This document shows positions 8,393-17,076 of a DNA stretch of 64,000 bases, piece by piece; positions within the stretch are counted from its first letter, which is position 1; each line of letters opens with the position of its first letter. The DNA lies in contig JAJDAL010000004.1 of assembly GCA_029261875.1 (NCBI GenBank), forward strand, positions 21,656-85,655, in the 5' to 3' direction. The notes below the pieces were generated by a model, which was given only the letters and a program-made list of their open reading frames with translations, did no database searches and had not been told where the DNA came from. The stretch is from Deltaproteobacteria bacterium (lineage in GTDB: Bacteria > Myxococcota_A > UBA9160 > JAJDAL01). Both the position numbers and the translations under genes were made by a program.

Positions 8393-9436
8393 CTACGCGC
8401 GCGCTGCGGGCGTCGTGTAGCGGAGAGCGAGATTGAGGATTCGCTGGAGGAGTTCGGGGTATTCGAGTCCCGCTGCGCGCGCGGATTCGGCGAAGTCTTC
8501 GTCGAAGGTGATGTCCGGCGTCGCGTTGACTTCGATCACGTAGAGGCGACCGTCTTCGGTCACGCGCAGGTCGATTCGCGCGAATCCCGAGAGACCGAGC
8601 ACGCGATAGATCCGCCGGGCCAGGCGGGCGATGCGCTTCTGGTCTTCTTCCGAAAGCGGATCCGCGGGGCCGGTGCGCACGCCGAGTTTCTTCTGGTAGG
8701 CGACGTCCCATTTTACTTTCGCGGTGGCGATGGGAAGCGTTCCGGCGGGGAGATCGTCGAAGTAGAGTTCCCAGACCGGGAAGGCCGTGAGCCGTTCGTT
8801 TCCCAGCACACTGATGGTGAGCTCGCGTCCTTCTACGTACTCCTCCACGAGCGCGGCAGTCCCCACGGATTCGTGAATGAAGGCCACTCGTTCTGCCAGG
8901 TGTTCCTCGTCGCGCACCACCGACGCCTGGGCGATTCCCAGGGAAGCCTCTTCTTCCACGGATTTGACGATCAGGGGAAAATGCAGATCGCGTCGCATGC
9001 GCCCGCGTTGGCCGCGCGGGAAGTAGGCGAAGGACGGTGTGGGGATCCGGTGATAGCGCAGGATCTTCTTCGAAACGGCTTTCTCGCGCGCGAGAAGAAT
9101 GCCCACGGGGTTGCAACCCGTGTAGGGAACCTGGAGCAGTTCGAGGTAGGCGGTGACGTGGATCTGATACGAGCCGACGTCTTGAAACTCCATGAGCAGA
9201 TTGAAGAGCGCATGGGGTTCCCATTCTTCGATCATGCGACGAATGGGCATGAGGTCGTTCGACACCCCCAAGAAGCGAACCGTATGCCCGAGCTTCCGCA
9301 AGGCGTCGGCGACTCCCCACTCGCGTTTGACGGCCAGGAATTCGGGGGATGGATCGGCTTTTCCGACCGGCGGCTCCAGGTCGTCGGGCGGGACGAGGTC
9401 TTCGTGGGTGAGCACAGCGATGCGCAAGGGCTTCAT
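8393..9436 (-). CDS. ATP-grasp ligase, D-alanine--D-alanine ligase family (non-housekeeping context)
   Basis: Track ORF 8393..9478, trimmed to ATG 9436 (MKPLRIAVLTHEDLVPPDD). Motifs KAVSKKILRYHRIPTPSF, FPLIVKSVEEEASLGI, EEYVEGRELTISVL, GFARIDLRVTEDGRLYVIEVNATP. ATG 9436 overlaps the upstream TGA (ATGA). Confidence 0.8.
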   Translation of the reverse strand: MKPLRIAVLTHEDLVPPDDLEPPVGKADPSPEFLAVKREWGVADALRKLGHTVRFLGVSNDLMPIRRMIEEWEPHALFNLLMEFQDVGSYQIHVTAYLELLQVPYTGCNPVGILLAREKAVSKKILRYHRIPTPSFAYFPRGQRGRMRRDLHFPLIVKSVEEEASLGIAQASVVRDEEHLAERVAFIHESVGTAALVEEYVEGRELTISVLGNERLTAFPVWELYFDDLPAGTLPIATAKVKWDVAYQKKLGVRTGPADPLSEEDQKRIARLARRIYRVLGLSGFARIDLRVTEDGRLYVIEVNATPDITFDEDFAESARAAGLEYPELLQRILNLALRYTTPAARA

Positions 9437-10458
9437 CGGAAATACTCCAGGCGACGGTGGCGTTCGAGGCGAATGCAATGGGTGGCGACGAGGATCGCAA
9501 CGCCTTCACCGGTCTCCTGATCCGAGTAGTGGAGGCGAAGTCCCAGCTCCCGGCAGCGCACGATCATGTCGCCCAACACCCGATCAATGGCGAATTGATG
9601 CTGGCCTGTCCAGCGCGCCACGCGCCGGCGCAGCTCGCCGCGCCGTTCGCGCAGGAAGGCCGCGGCGCGCTTGTGGCGAACGTTCGCGCTTCCCGTGCCG
9701 AATAGACGCTCCAATTCCAGGTCGTAGATGCTGCGGTCCACGTGTCCGTACTCTTCTTGCTTGCGTCGATAGTATTCGCGCAACGTGAGCCGCAAGCGGC
9801 CCACGGAATCCGTGCGCTCGCGGGACCGAACGCGCGGGGGCCGGTCGGCGATCTCCGCCATCAACCCATCCACGTACTCGAGCTTGCGGCGCGCCTTGCG
9901 CCAGTTCGCATACGTCTTGCGCCAACCCGAGCGGGGCTGCAGCCAAACCGCAAACGTTTCCGCGAAGTCTTCGAGCGGATGACTCTGGGCGTACCAATTC
10001 TCGAGGTTCATCACGTAGTCGCGGCTGCGACGGCGCGGAACGTAGCTTTCGCGGTAGGGCGTCGACGCCGGTCCGAAACGCTCCCGCCAATCCTTGCGCC
10101 AATGCAGCCGGTACGCCCAGTCGAGCGCATGGCCGGTTTCGTGACGGAAAAGGCGTAGGCAGGTCGCCGGCGTAGCCCCCTCGACCTCGAACATCTGGCG
10201 GCGTTCGAGCCGAATCAGCCGCGGGTGCGCGAGATAGAAGGGAATCGCAAAGCCCGGCACACCGTGGGGCGAGAACCAACTGGTGGAAAGCCAGGCGTGG
10301 GGCCGAAAGCGCAATCCGGCGTTTGCAAGCTCCCGATGGAGCTGTGCAAGCGGAGCTTCGAGTCGCGAACCTTCGATGGACAGACCGAGGTCGCAAAGTC
10401 TGTGATCCAGTAACTGCTCATCCGATAGAGCAGCCAACCTCCGCAGTCCCAGCACCAT
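9433..10458 (-). CDS. HExxH protein, putative zinc-binding metallopeptidase-like family
   Basis: Track ORF, 341 aa. HETGH at nt 10129-10143, followed by YAQSHPLEDFAETFAVWL. I recognise this pattern from the poorly characterised 'putative zinc-binding metallo-peptidase' family. An Arg-rich ~110 aa C-terminal tail is unassigned. Confidence 0.7.
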   Translation of the reverse strand: MVLGLRRLAALSDEQLLDHRLCDLGLSIEGSRLEAPLAQLHRELANAGLRFRPHAWLSTSWFSPHGVPGFAIPFYLAHPRLIRLERRQMFEVEGATPATCLRLFRHETGHALDWAYRLHWRKDWRERFGPASTPYRESYVPRRRSRDYVMNLENWYAQSHPLEDFAETFAVWLQPRSGWRKTYANWRKARRKLEYVDGLMAEIADRPPRVRSRERTDSVGRLRLTLREYYRRKQEEYGHVDRSIYDLELERLFGTGSANVRHKRAAAFLRERRGELRRRVARWTGQHQFAIDRVLGDMIVRCRELGLRLHYSDQETGEGVAILVATHCIRLERHRRLEYFR

Positions 10459-10602
10459 GGCGCCACACGTTAGCCTGAAATGGAGAACTCCGATTTCTCA
10501 TTCATTCACTCTGAAATCTCATCTCCTCATTGACCACAACTCCCCCCTCGGCTAAGGATTCGGGGCGGTTGTTGCGGTGGTGCTCGAAGAGGAGGGCAAA
10601 CG

Positions 10603-11151
10603 ATGCGCTTGAAGGTTCTTGCGGGGTTGTGGGTTGGGCTTGCGCCGGTGATTTTTCTTTCCGACCTGGCGTTTTCACAGGAGCCGACGACTCGTCGGTT
10701 TGTCGAAGGCTATCTGTTCAACAAGACGACAGGCACGCCGCTGCAGAATGCGGACGTTCGCGCCCAATTCAATCAATGCCTGGGATCGACGGTCGACGAT
10801 CCGCGGCATTGTCTGATCGTGCCTGGTAGTCGAACTCGCACAGACGAGAACGGATTTTTCCGGTTGACGTTGGCCACGCGGTCGAACGTTCTTTCGAATG
10901 AATTGACTGCGTCTTGCTGGGTGTTGAGTAGTGCCGACGCCCGCCGGGCCGGAGCGAGCGGAGATCGAGAGACACCGATTCGTGTGGGACACGTCGCGGA
11001 TACGTCGATTTCTCTGGCCGGAGCGGAGAATCTCGAAGGGGGCGAAGTTCTACGCCGCGATGGGTATATCGCCGCCTCGCGCCGGCGAAGCTTTTCGTTC
11101 TGTGGATTGCCCCTGACACCGGACTTTCTAGATCCGCGGATTCCGAGGTAG
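10603..11151 (+). CDS. secreted hypothetical protein (carboxypeptidase-regulatory-like beta-sandwich motif)
   Basis: Track ORF, 182 aa. GGAGGG Shine-Dalgarno 6 nt upstream of the ATG. Signal peptide MRLKVLAGLWVGLAPVIFLSDLAFSQE. TDENGFFRL-type motif. Composition is not shadow-ORF-like. Confidence 0.6.
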   Translation: MRLKVLAGLWVGLAPVIFLSDLAFSQEPTTRRFVEGYLFNKTTGTPLQNADVRAQFNQCLGSTVDDPRHCLIVPGSRTRTDENGFFRLTLATRSNVLSNELTASCWVLSSADARRAGASGDRETPIRVGHVADTSISLAGAENLEGGEVLRRDGYIAASRRRSFSFCGLPLTPDFLDPRIPR

Positions 11152-11212
11152 GGCGGTAGTCGTTCGTTCGAGCGGGAAAAGAGAGCTAGCTCCTCTTCTC
11201 GCTTTGGCGCTG

Positions 11213-11286
11213 TGGATCCCCGGCGTGGATTCGAACCACGATTCTCAGGTTCAGAGCCTGATGTCCTACCATTGAACGACCGGGGA
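11213..11286 (-). tRNA. tRNA-Gln (anticodon CUG), CCA encoded
   Basis: Manual fold of the reverse strand: TCCCCGG TC GTTC AATGGTA GGAC A TCAGG CTCTGAA CCTGA GAAT CGTGG TTCGAAT CCACG CCGGGGA T CCA. That gives a 7-bp acceptor stem with U1:A72 (typical of bacterial tRNA-Gln), D, anticodon and T arms, a TTCGAAT T-loop and anticodon CTG. Total 74 nt. Confidence 0.9.
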
Positions 11287-11404
11287 AAACCAGCGCCAAG
11301 CGGTCAAAGGGTTGGGCTGAGCGCAAAGCGCGAAGCCCAGCTTTCGGTAAAGCCCCTGTAAAACCGCTCCCCAAAAACAAACCTATCGGACCCGCCTCCC
11401 TACC

Positions 11405-12811
11405 TCAACCACCGCGCACAAACCCCACCGCCGCGGCCATGCGCGCCAGCGTGCGGTCTTTTCCCAATGCCGCGAGGGTTTCGAAGATCCCCGGCGACAC
11501 CGTGGTCCCCGTAATCGCGACCCGAATGGGTTGCGCGACTTTCCCCATGCCGAGTTCGTGGCGTTCCCGGACCGCGTGGATGGCGGTTTCCAGATTCTTC
11601 TCGTTCCAGTCGTCGATGGCCGCCAAGGCGTCGTGGAGATCCTGGAGCAGGGCGTCGCTGCCGGGCTTCAGGAACTTGGCCGCGGCCTTTTCTTCGTACT
11701 CCACGGTATCGACCAGCGCGAAGCGCGCGCCCTGGGCCATTTCGATCAGCGTCTTGCTGCGCTCGCGCAACAGATCGACGAGTTGTTCGAGACCGGGGGG
11801 CGGCGTCACGGAGACGCCCGCAACCTGTTCGAGGAACGGCGTCAGGAGTTTCATCAACGCTTCGCGCGGTAGCGCTTTGATGTAGTGCTGGTCGAGCCAG
11901 GCCAGCTTGTCGGGATCCGCCTGGGCGCCGCCGCGTCCCACGGAATCGAGGCTGAAGAGTTCGCGAATCTCGTCGCGCGAGAACACTTCCTGGTCGCCGT
12001 GGGACCAACCCAAACGTACGAGCCAGTTGGTTACGGCTTCCGGGAGATAGCCCTGTTCTCGATAGGACTGGACCGAAACGTCATCCATGCGTTTGCTGAG
12101 TTTCTTGCCGCCGGCGCTCACGATCAGCGGCACGTGGGCGAAGATCGGCGGCTTGGCCCCCATGGCGTCGTAGATGGCCAATTGCAGGGGCGTGTTGTTC
12201 AGGTGGTCCGCGCCGCGGATGACGTGGCTGATCTCCATGTCGGCGTCGTCGACCACGACCGCCAGGTGATAGAGGGGCACGCCGTCGCTGCGGCGGATGA
12301 TGGCGTCACCGATTTCCCGCGCGTCTTGGCCGCTCGGACCAAACACCAGATCCTCGAATCCGATGTGGCCTTCCGCGGGCATGCGCAGTCGAACCACGTG
12401 GGGTCCGCAATCCGCCGCGTGGTTCGCATCGCGACAGCGGCCGTCGTAGGTCCACTTGTCCCCCGCGGCGATCGTGCGCTGCTTGCGCTCTTCGAGTTCT
12501 TCTTTGCTGCAGACGCAGCGGTACGCCCGACCGGCGGCGATCAGGGCTTCGACGACTTCCGCGTGGCGCCCGGCGCGCTCGGATTGCCGGAAGGGGCCCT
12601 CGTCCCAGTCGATGCCCAGCCAGCGCAGGCCCTCGAGGACCGCGATCTCCGAGGCTTCGGTGGACCGCTCGCGGTCCGTGTCCTCGATGCGGAGCACGAA
12701 ATGGCCCCCGTGGCGCCGCGCATAGGCCCAATTGAACAGGGCGGTCCGGGCCCCCCCGATGTGGAGGTAGCCCGTCGGGCTGGGCGCGAAGCGGGTGCGA
12801 ATGCCACTCAT
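11405..12811 (-). CDS. gltX: glutamate--tRNA ligase
   Basis: Track ORF 11405..12829, trimmed to ATG 12811. MSGIRTRFAPSPTGYLHIGGARTALFNWAYARRHGGHFVLRIEDTD (HIGH motif) and KLSKR (KMSKS-type) are class I GluRS hallmarks. Confidence 0.92.
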   Translation of the reverse strand: MSGIRTRFAPSPTGYLHIGGARTALFNWAYARRHGGHFVLRIEDTDRERSTEASEIAVLEGLRWLGIDWDEGPFRQSERAGRHAEVVEALIAAGRAYRCVCSKEELEERKQRTIAAGDKWTYDGRCRDANHAADCGPHVVRLRMPAEGHIGFEDLVFGPSGQDAREIGDAIIRRSDGVPLYHLAVVVDDADMEISHVIRGADHLNNTPLQLAIYDAMGAKPPIFAHVPLIVSAGGKKLSKRMDDVSVQSYREQGYLPEAVTNWLVRLGWSHGDQEVFSRDEIRELFSLDSVGRGGAQADPDKLAWLDQHYIKALPREALMKLLTPFLEQVAGVSVTPPPGLEQLVDLLRERSKTLIEMAQGARFALVDTVEYEEKAAAKFLKPGSDALLQDLHDALAAIDDWNEKNLETAIHAVRERHELGMGKVAQPIRVAITGTTVSPGIFETLAALGKDRTLARMAAAVGFVRGG

Positions 12812-12929
12812 GGGGGCGCACACTAGCAATTCGACGCCCCGGACCGGCCGGCGGGCGGTCGCGATTGCGGTGGCTCGCGGCCATTGCTATTCCGAAGCGG
12901 TTAACTGTTTGTTTTTCGGTGGTTTTTCG

Positions 12930-13508
12930 ATGATGAAGATCCGCGTCGATCAGCTCGGGGAGACTCCCAAAGCATTCTCCTTCGCGCCGGACCCCGCGGA
13001 TTGGGAGGCGCTCGCCGACGCGCTCCCGGCCCGAGAGGGCGGCCCTCAGGCTCCGCTTTCGTTTGCGGTCCGGGTCTATCGCGCCGTCGAGGACCTGATC
13101 GTAGAGGGGGAGCTCACGGCCGAGCTCGACCTCGGATGCGCCCGGTGCCTGGCGCGCTACCGTCAGGCGCTTCGAGAGACCTTTCGGGTGGTGCTCGAAT
13201 CCGCTGCGACTCGGCGTCCAGCGGAGCCCGAGGCCGCCCGCGCCCTCGCTGAAAATGGCATGTGCCTGGGGGATGAGCTCGATTCCGGCTGGTTTCAAGG
13301 CGCCGAAATCGATCTGAGTGCGTACTTTCTCGAAGTGGTTGCCCTGGCGAATCCGGTGCAACCGATTTGCCGACCGGAATGCCGCGGGTTGTGTCCGCGC
13401 TGCGGCATCGACCTCAATCAGGGGTCTTGTAACTGCGCGGACACGCGACCGGAATCGCCCTTTGCCGCACTCGCCGTGCTGCAGAAGGGAAATGGGCGGG
13501 GGGACTGA
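12930..13508 (+). CDS. yceD: YceD/DUF177 family protein
   Basis: C-terminal 192 aa of track ORF 12795..13508, from ATG 12930 ([11 protein letters not shown]...). C-terminal Cys cluster [23 protein letters not shown]. Conserved position immediately upstream of rpmF. Confidence 0.8.
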   Translation: MMKIRVDQLGETPKAFSFAPDPADWEALADALPAREGGPQAPLSFAVRVYRAVEDLIVEGELTAELDLGCARCLARYRQALRETFRVVLESAATRRPAEPEAARALAENGMCLGDELDSGWFQGAEIDLSAYFLEVVALANPVQPICRPECRGLCPRCGIDLNQGSCNCADTRPESPFAALAVLQKGNGRGD

Positions 13509-13510
13509 AC

Positions 13511-13693
13511 ATGGCTGTACCCAAGCGTCGCACTTCGCGATCCAAGCGGGACAAGCGACGATCACACGACTCACTTTCGCAGCCGCCGCGCTCCGACTGC
13601 CCGCAGTGCGGGGAGCCCAAGCTTCCGCACCGCGTGTGTCCGAGCTGCGGAACCTACCGCGGACGCGAGGTCATCCAGACCGACGAGGAGTAG
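13511..13693 (+). CDS. rpmF: 50S ribosomal protein L32
   Basis: Track ORF, 60 aa: [19 protein letters not shown]...[25 protein letters not shown]. Confidence 0.95.
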   Translation: MAVPKRRTSRSKRDKRRSHDSLSQPPRSDCPQCGEPKLPHRVCPSCGTYRGREVIQTDEE

Positions 13694-13700
13694 ACGCGAC

Positions 13701-14672
13701 GTGCTCGCTTTGCTCTTTCCCGGACAGGGATCTCAGAAAGTTGGAATGGGAGCGGACGTCTACGCGGCGTCCCCGGCCGCCCGCGCTGTGTTCGACGCCG
13801 CGGATGCGGCCTCCGGGTTGGCGATCTCCAAGCTCTGCTTCGAGGGACCGGAGGAAGAGCTGCGGACCACGGAGGTGCAGCAGCCCGCGATCCTGACCGT
13901 CAGCGTCGCGCTGCTGCGCGCCCTCGAAGAACAAACGTCCGTCGTGCCCGCATTCGTCGCCGGCCATAGCCTCGGGGAGTACACCGCCCTGGTGGCGAGC
14001 GGTGCGGTGTCCTTCGAAGATGCGTTGCGCCTGGTGGGGATCCGCGCGCGTCTCATGCAAGAGGCGGTGCCCGAGGGCCAAGGCGGCATGGCGGCGGTCA
14101 TGGGTTGCGACGCCGACGTCGTCGACCGGGCCTGTGAGCAAGCACGCCAGCAGACCGGCGCGGTGGTGAGCACCGCCAACTACAACTCCCCCCAACAGAA
14201 TGTGATCTCGGGGGAAGTCGCCGCAGTCGAACTGGCGAGCGCGCGCGCCCGCGAGGGCGGGGCCCGCAAGATCATCGCCCTGCCGGTTTCCGCCCCGTTT
14301 CACTGCGCGCTGATGGAGAGCGCGGCCGACAAGCTTGCGGCGGAGCTCGCCCGGGTGGCCTTTGCGGACCCGCAGCCTCCGGTGGTGAGCAATGTGGACG
14401 CGGCGCCCAACCGCGAAGGGGCGCGCATCGCCCAACTCCTGTTTGCCCAGGTGACGTCCCCGGTGCGCTTTCAGGCGATGGTGGAACGCATGTCCGCCCT
14501 GGGGGTGACGGGCGTTCTCGAGATCGGCCCCGGGCGCGTGCTTTCGGGCCTCGTGGCGCGTACAGTTCGGTCGCTTCGGCGCGCGAACCTTGCGTCCGTG
14601 GAAGATATGTCCGAGGCTGCGAGATTCGTCGGGGAGTTTCGCTCCCCCGGTTCGCAGGCTGAATCAAGGTAG
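13701..14672 (+). CDS. fabD: malonyl-CoA:ACP transacylase
   Basis: Track ORF, 323 aa: [14 protein letters not shown], active-site [17 protein letters not shown]. Confidence 0.93.
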   Translation: MLALLFPGQGSQKVGMGADVYAASPAARAVFDAADAASGLAISKLCFEGPEEELRTTEVQQPAILTVSVALLRALEEQTSVVPAFVAGHSLGEYTALVASGAVSFEDALRLVGIRARLMQEAVPEGQGGMAAVMGCDADVVDRACEQARQQTGAVVSTANYNSPQQNVISGEVAAVELASARAREGGARKIIALPVSAPFHCALMESAADKLAAELARVAFADPQPPVVSNVDAAPNREGARIAQLLFAQVTSPVRFQAMVERMSALGVTGVLEIGPGRVLSGLVARTVRSLRRANLASVEDMSEAARFVGEFRSPGSQAESR

Positions 14673-14698
14673 GGGCGAAGGCTATGGAGGACTCCAGC

Positions 14699-14935
14699 AT
14701 GGCACTGGAAGAGCGTGTGGTCAGCATCATCATCGAGCAGCTGGGCGTGTCGAAAGACGAGATTCAGCAAGAAGCGTCTTTCATCGACGATCTGGGTGCC
14801 GACTCGCTCGACATCGTCGAACTCGTGATGGCCATGGAAGAAGCCTTCGATGTCGAGATCCCCGACGAAGACGCCGAGAAAATGCAGACCATTGGCGATG
14901 CCGTGACCTACCTGAAGGAGAAGCTCGCTAGCTAG
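14699..14935 (+). CDS. acpP: acyl carrier protein
   Basis: Track ORF 14684..14935. Start preferred at ATG 14699 ([17 protein letters not shown]), which has GGAGG at 14686-14690, 8 nt upstream. Phosphopantetheine site [18 protein letters not shown]. Confidence 0.93.
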   Translation: MALEERVVSIIIEQLGVSKDEIQQEASFIDDLGADSLDIVELVMAMEEAFDVEIPDEDAEKMQTIGDAVTYLKEKLAS

Positions 14936-14953
14936 CGAACGATCCACCCAGAC

Positions 14954-15442
14954 GTGCGGTGTCCTTATTGCGCAGAAGAAGCCAACCGGGTCATCGATTC
15001 GCGGCTGGGTCGAGACGGTACGGAGATTCGCCGTCGCCGGGAGTGCCTCGAATGCGAGCGGCGCTTCACCACGCGCGAACGCCTCGAAGAATCCCTTCCC
15101 AAAATCGTGAAACACGACGAACGGCGCGAGGAATACTCGCGTGAGAAGCTCACCCAGAGCATCCTGCGGGCCTGTCCGAAGCGCCCCATCAGCATCAACA
15201 CCATCGAGCGTCTCGTCGATCGTCTGGAACGACGCCTTCAGGAAACCGGTGAGAAAGAAATCGCCAGCCGCGTGGTGGGCGAACGCGTGATGGAAGAGTT
15301 GACGGCCCTCGACGCCATGGCGGCCGCCCGTTTTGCCTCGGTGTTTTCGAACTTCCAAAGCGTCGACGACTATCAGCGCTTCTTCGAATCCGTGGGCGAG
15401 GGACAGGCCACGCACAAGGGCGATGGTCAGCCACCGGAATGA
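14954..15442 (+). CDS. nrdR: transcriptional repressor NrdR
   Basis: Track ORF, 162 aa (GTG start): MRCPYCAEEANRVIDSRLGRDGTEIRRRRECLECERRFTTRE zinc ribbon plus ATP-cone. Confidence 0.93.
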   Translation: MRCPYCAEEANRVIDSRLGRDGTEIRRRRECLECERRFTTRERLEESLPKIVKHDERREEYSREKLTQSILRACPKRPISINTIERLVDRLERRLQETGEKEIASRVVGERVMEELTALDAMAAARFASVFSNFQSVDDYQRFFESVGEGQATHKGDGQPPE

Positions 15443-15469
15443 GTTGTACGCCCCCATGATGCGTCGGTC

Positions 15470-16594
15470 ATGACTCCCGAACTCGCCATGCAAGAGGCGC
15501 TACGCCAAGCGGACCGCGCGCTGGGCAAGACGTGTCCGAATCCCGCGGTCGGCGCCGTGGTGTATCGCGGCGATCGCGTGCTGGGCGAGGGCTATACGCG
15601 ACCGCCGGGCGGACCCCACGCCGAAGTGGTGGCCTTGCGCGCCGCGGTACGGAAAGTGGGCCGGCGCGGGCTACGGGGTACGTCCCTGGCCGTCACCCTC
15701 GAACCCTGCAATCACAGCGGTCGCACCGGGCCGTGCACCGACGCCATTCTGGAAGCGGGACTCGGGAGCATCGCCGTGGGGATGCAGGATCCCAATCCCA
15801 AGGTGGCGGGACGGGGCTTGCGACGTTTGCGCAATGCGGGCATCCGCGTGCGCAATCGGGTCCTGGAAGACGAAGTGCGCGAGCAACTCGCGGGCTACCG
15901 GTCCGTGCACGAGCGCGGTCGCCCCTGGGTCGCCCTCAAGCTCGCCGCCAGTTTGGATGGACGGATTGCGACGGCGCGGGGTTCTTCGCGTTGGATCAGC
16001 GGCGAAGCGGCACGGGCCCGGGTCCACGAACTGCGCAGTCGCTCGGATGCCATCGCGGTCGGATCCGAGACCGCGCGGCTCGACGATCCGGCCCTCACGG
16101 CCCGCGCGGGTCGGCGCATCATTCACCGTCCCATTCGCGTTCTGGTCGACTCGCGTTTGCGCGTCCCGGCCACGGCCCAGATGTTTCGCACGGGCGAAGC
16201 GGACCGCACGTGGGTGCTGACCGGCGAAGATGCGCCGGTCAGGAAGCGCCGCAGTCTCGAGGCCCGCGGTGTGCGGGTGCTGGGCGTGGGGAAACGCAAA
16301 GGCGGGATCGATCTGCGCCAAGCCCTGCGCCGCCTGGCCCGCGAAGGGCTGACCCAGGTGCTGGTGGAGGGAGGCGGTGTGCTGGCGGCGGCGCTGCTGC
16401 GAAATCGGCTCGTCGACGAGATACACTGGTTCAGTGCCCCGATCCTGTTGGGCGGCGACGCGCGCCCGGCGTTGGGCGATCTCGGGGTCGTGCGTATTCC
16501 CGGAGCACCGGGCCTCGAAGTGCGATCCGTGGAATCCCTGGGCCGGGATCTTTATTTGCGCGCCCGGGTGACCGGGGCGCGGGGAAAGCGATGA
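15470..16594 (+). CDS. ribD: bifunctional riboflavin biosynthesis deaminase/reductase RibD
   Basis: Track ORF, 374 aa. Deaminase motif HAEVVAL...LEPCNHSGRTGPC, and a C-terminal reductase domain (VALKLAASLDGRIA...). Confidence 0.92.
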   Translation: MTPELAMQEALRQADRALGKTCPNPAVGAVVYRGDRVLGEGYTRPPGGPHAEVVALRAAVRKVGRRGLRGTSLAVTLEPCNHSGRTGPCTDAILEAGLGSIAVGMQDPNPKVAGRGLRRLRNAGIRVRNRVLEDEVREQLAGYRSVHERGRPWVALKLAASLDGRIATARGSSRWISGEAARARVHELRSRSDAIAVGSETARLDDPALTARAGRRIIHRPIRVLVDSRLRVPATAQMFRTGEADRTWVLTGEDAPVRKRRSLEARGVRVLGVGKRKGGIDLRQALRRLAREGLTQVLVEGGGVLAAALLRNRLVDEIHWFSAPILLGGDARPALGDLGVVRIPGAPGLEVRSVESLGRDLYLRARVTGARGKR

Positions 16595-17076
16595 GAACCT
16601 ATCCGGCGGGACTCGATGCGACGGGACTGCGCTTTGCGGTGGTGGTCGCCCGTTTCAATCATCTGATTTCCGTGGAGTTGCTCGCCGGTTGTTGTCGCAC
16701 GCTCGAAGAACGCGGTGCGCTTCCGGAAGACATCCATGTGGCCTGGGTTCCCGGAGCCTTCGAGATCCCGCAGGCTGCGCGCGCGTTGGCGGCAAGCGGA
16801 CGCTACGCTGGCATCGTGACCTTGGGTTCGGTGATTCGCGGGGGGACGCCCCACTTCGAATACGTTTGCCGCGCCGTCACCGACGGCGTGCGCGAAGCGA
16901 TCCGCGACACGGGAGTGCCGATTGCATTCGGCGTGCTCACCGTAGACGACACCGAACAAGCGCTCGCGCGTGCGGGGGGTAGCGAGGGCAACAAGGGCGA
17001 CGAGGCCGCGCTTGCGGCGTTGGAAATGGCGCGCCTCGGAGAAGCACTCGATCGGCCCCCCGAGGATGCGTCGTGA
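16591..17076 (+). CDS. ribH: 6,7-dimethyl-8-ribityllumazine synthase
   Basis: Last 161 aa of track ORF 15532..17076, from ATG 16591 (overlaps the ribD TGA as ATGA). RFAVVVARFNHLISVELLAGC...AWVPGAFEIP...IVTLGSVIRGGTPHFEYVC. Confidence 0.92.
   Translation: MRTYPAGLDATGLRFAVVVARFNHLISVELLAGCCRTLEERGALPEDIHVAWVPGAFEIPQAARALAASGRYAGIVTLGSVIRGGTPHFEYVCRAVTDGVREAIRDTGVPIAFGVLTVDDTEQALARAGGSEGNKGDEAALAALEMARLGEALDRPPEDAS

Noticed and set aside
8393-11286. tRNA-Gln as an integration site for a genomic island carrying the ATP-grasp/HExxH pair
   Set aside because: There is no integrase, transposase or phage gene, and I could not spot a direct repeat of the tRNA 3' end. The flanking genes look like core genome.
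15532-16590. N-terminal 353 aa of the 514-aa track ORF 15532..17076
   Set aside because: It is Arg/Gly/Pro-rich read-through in an alternative frame of ribD. Only the last 161 aa (ribH, from ATG 16591) are protein-like.
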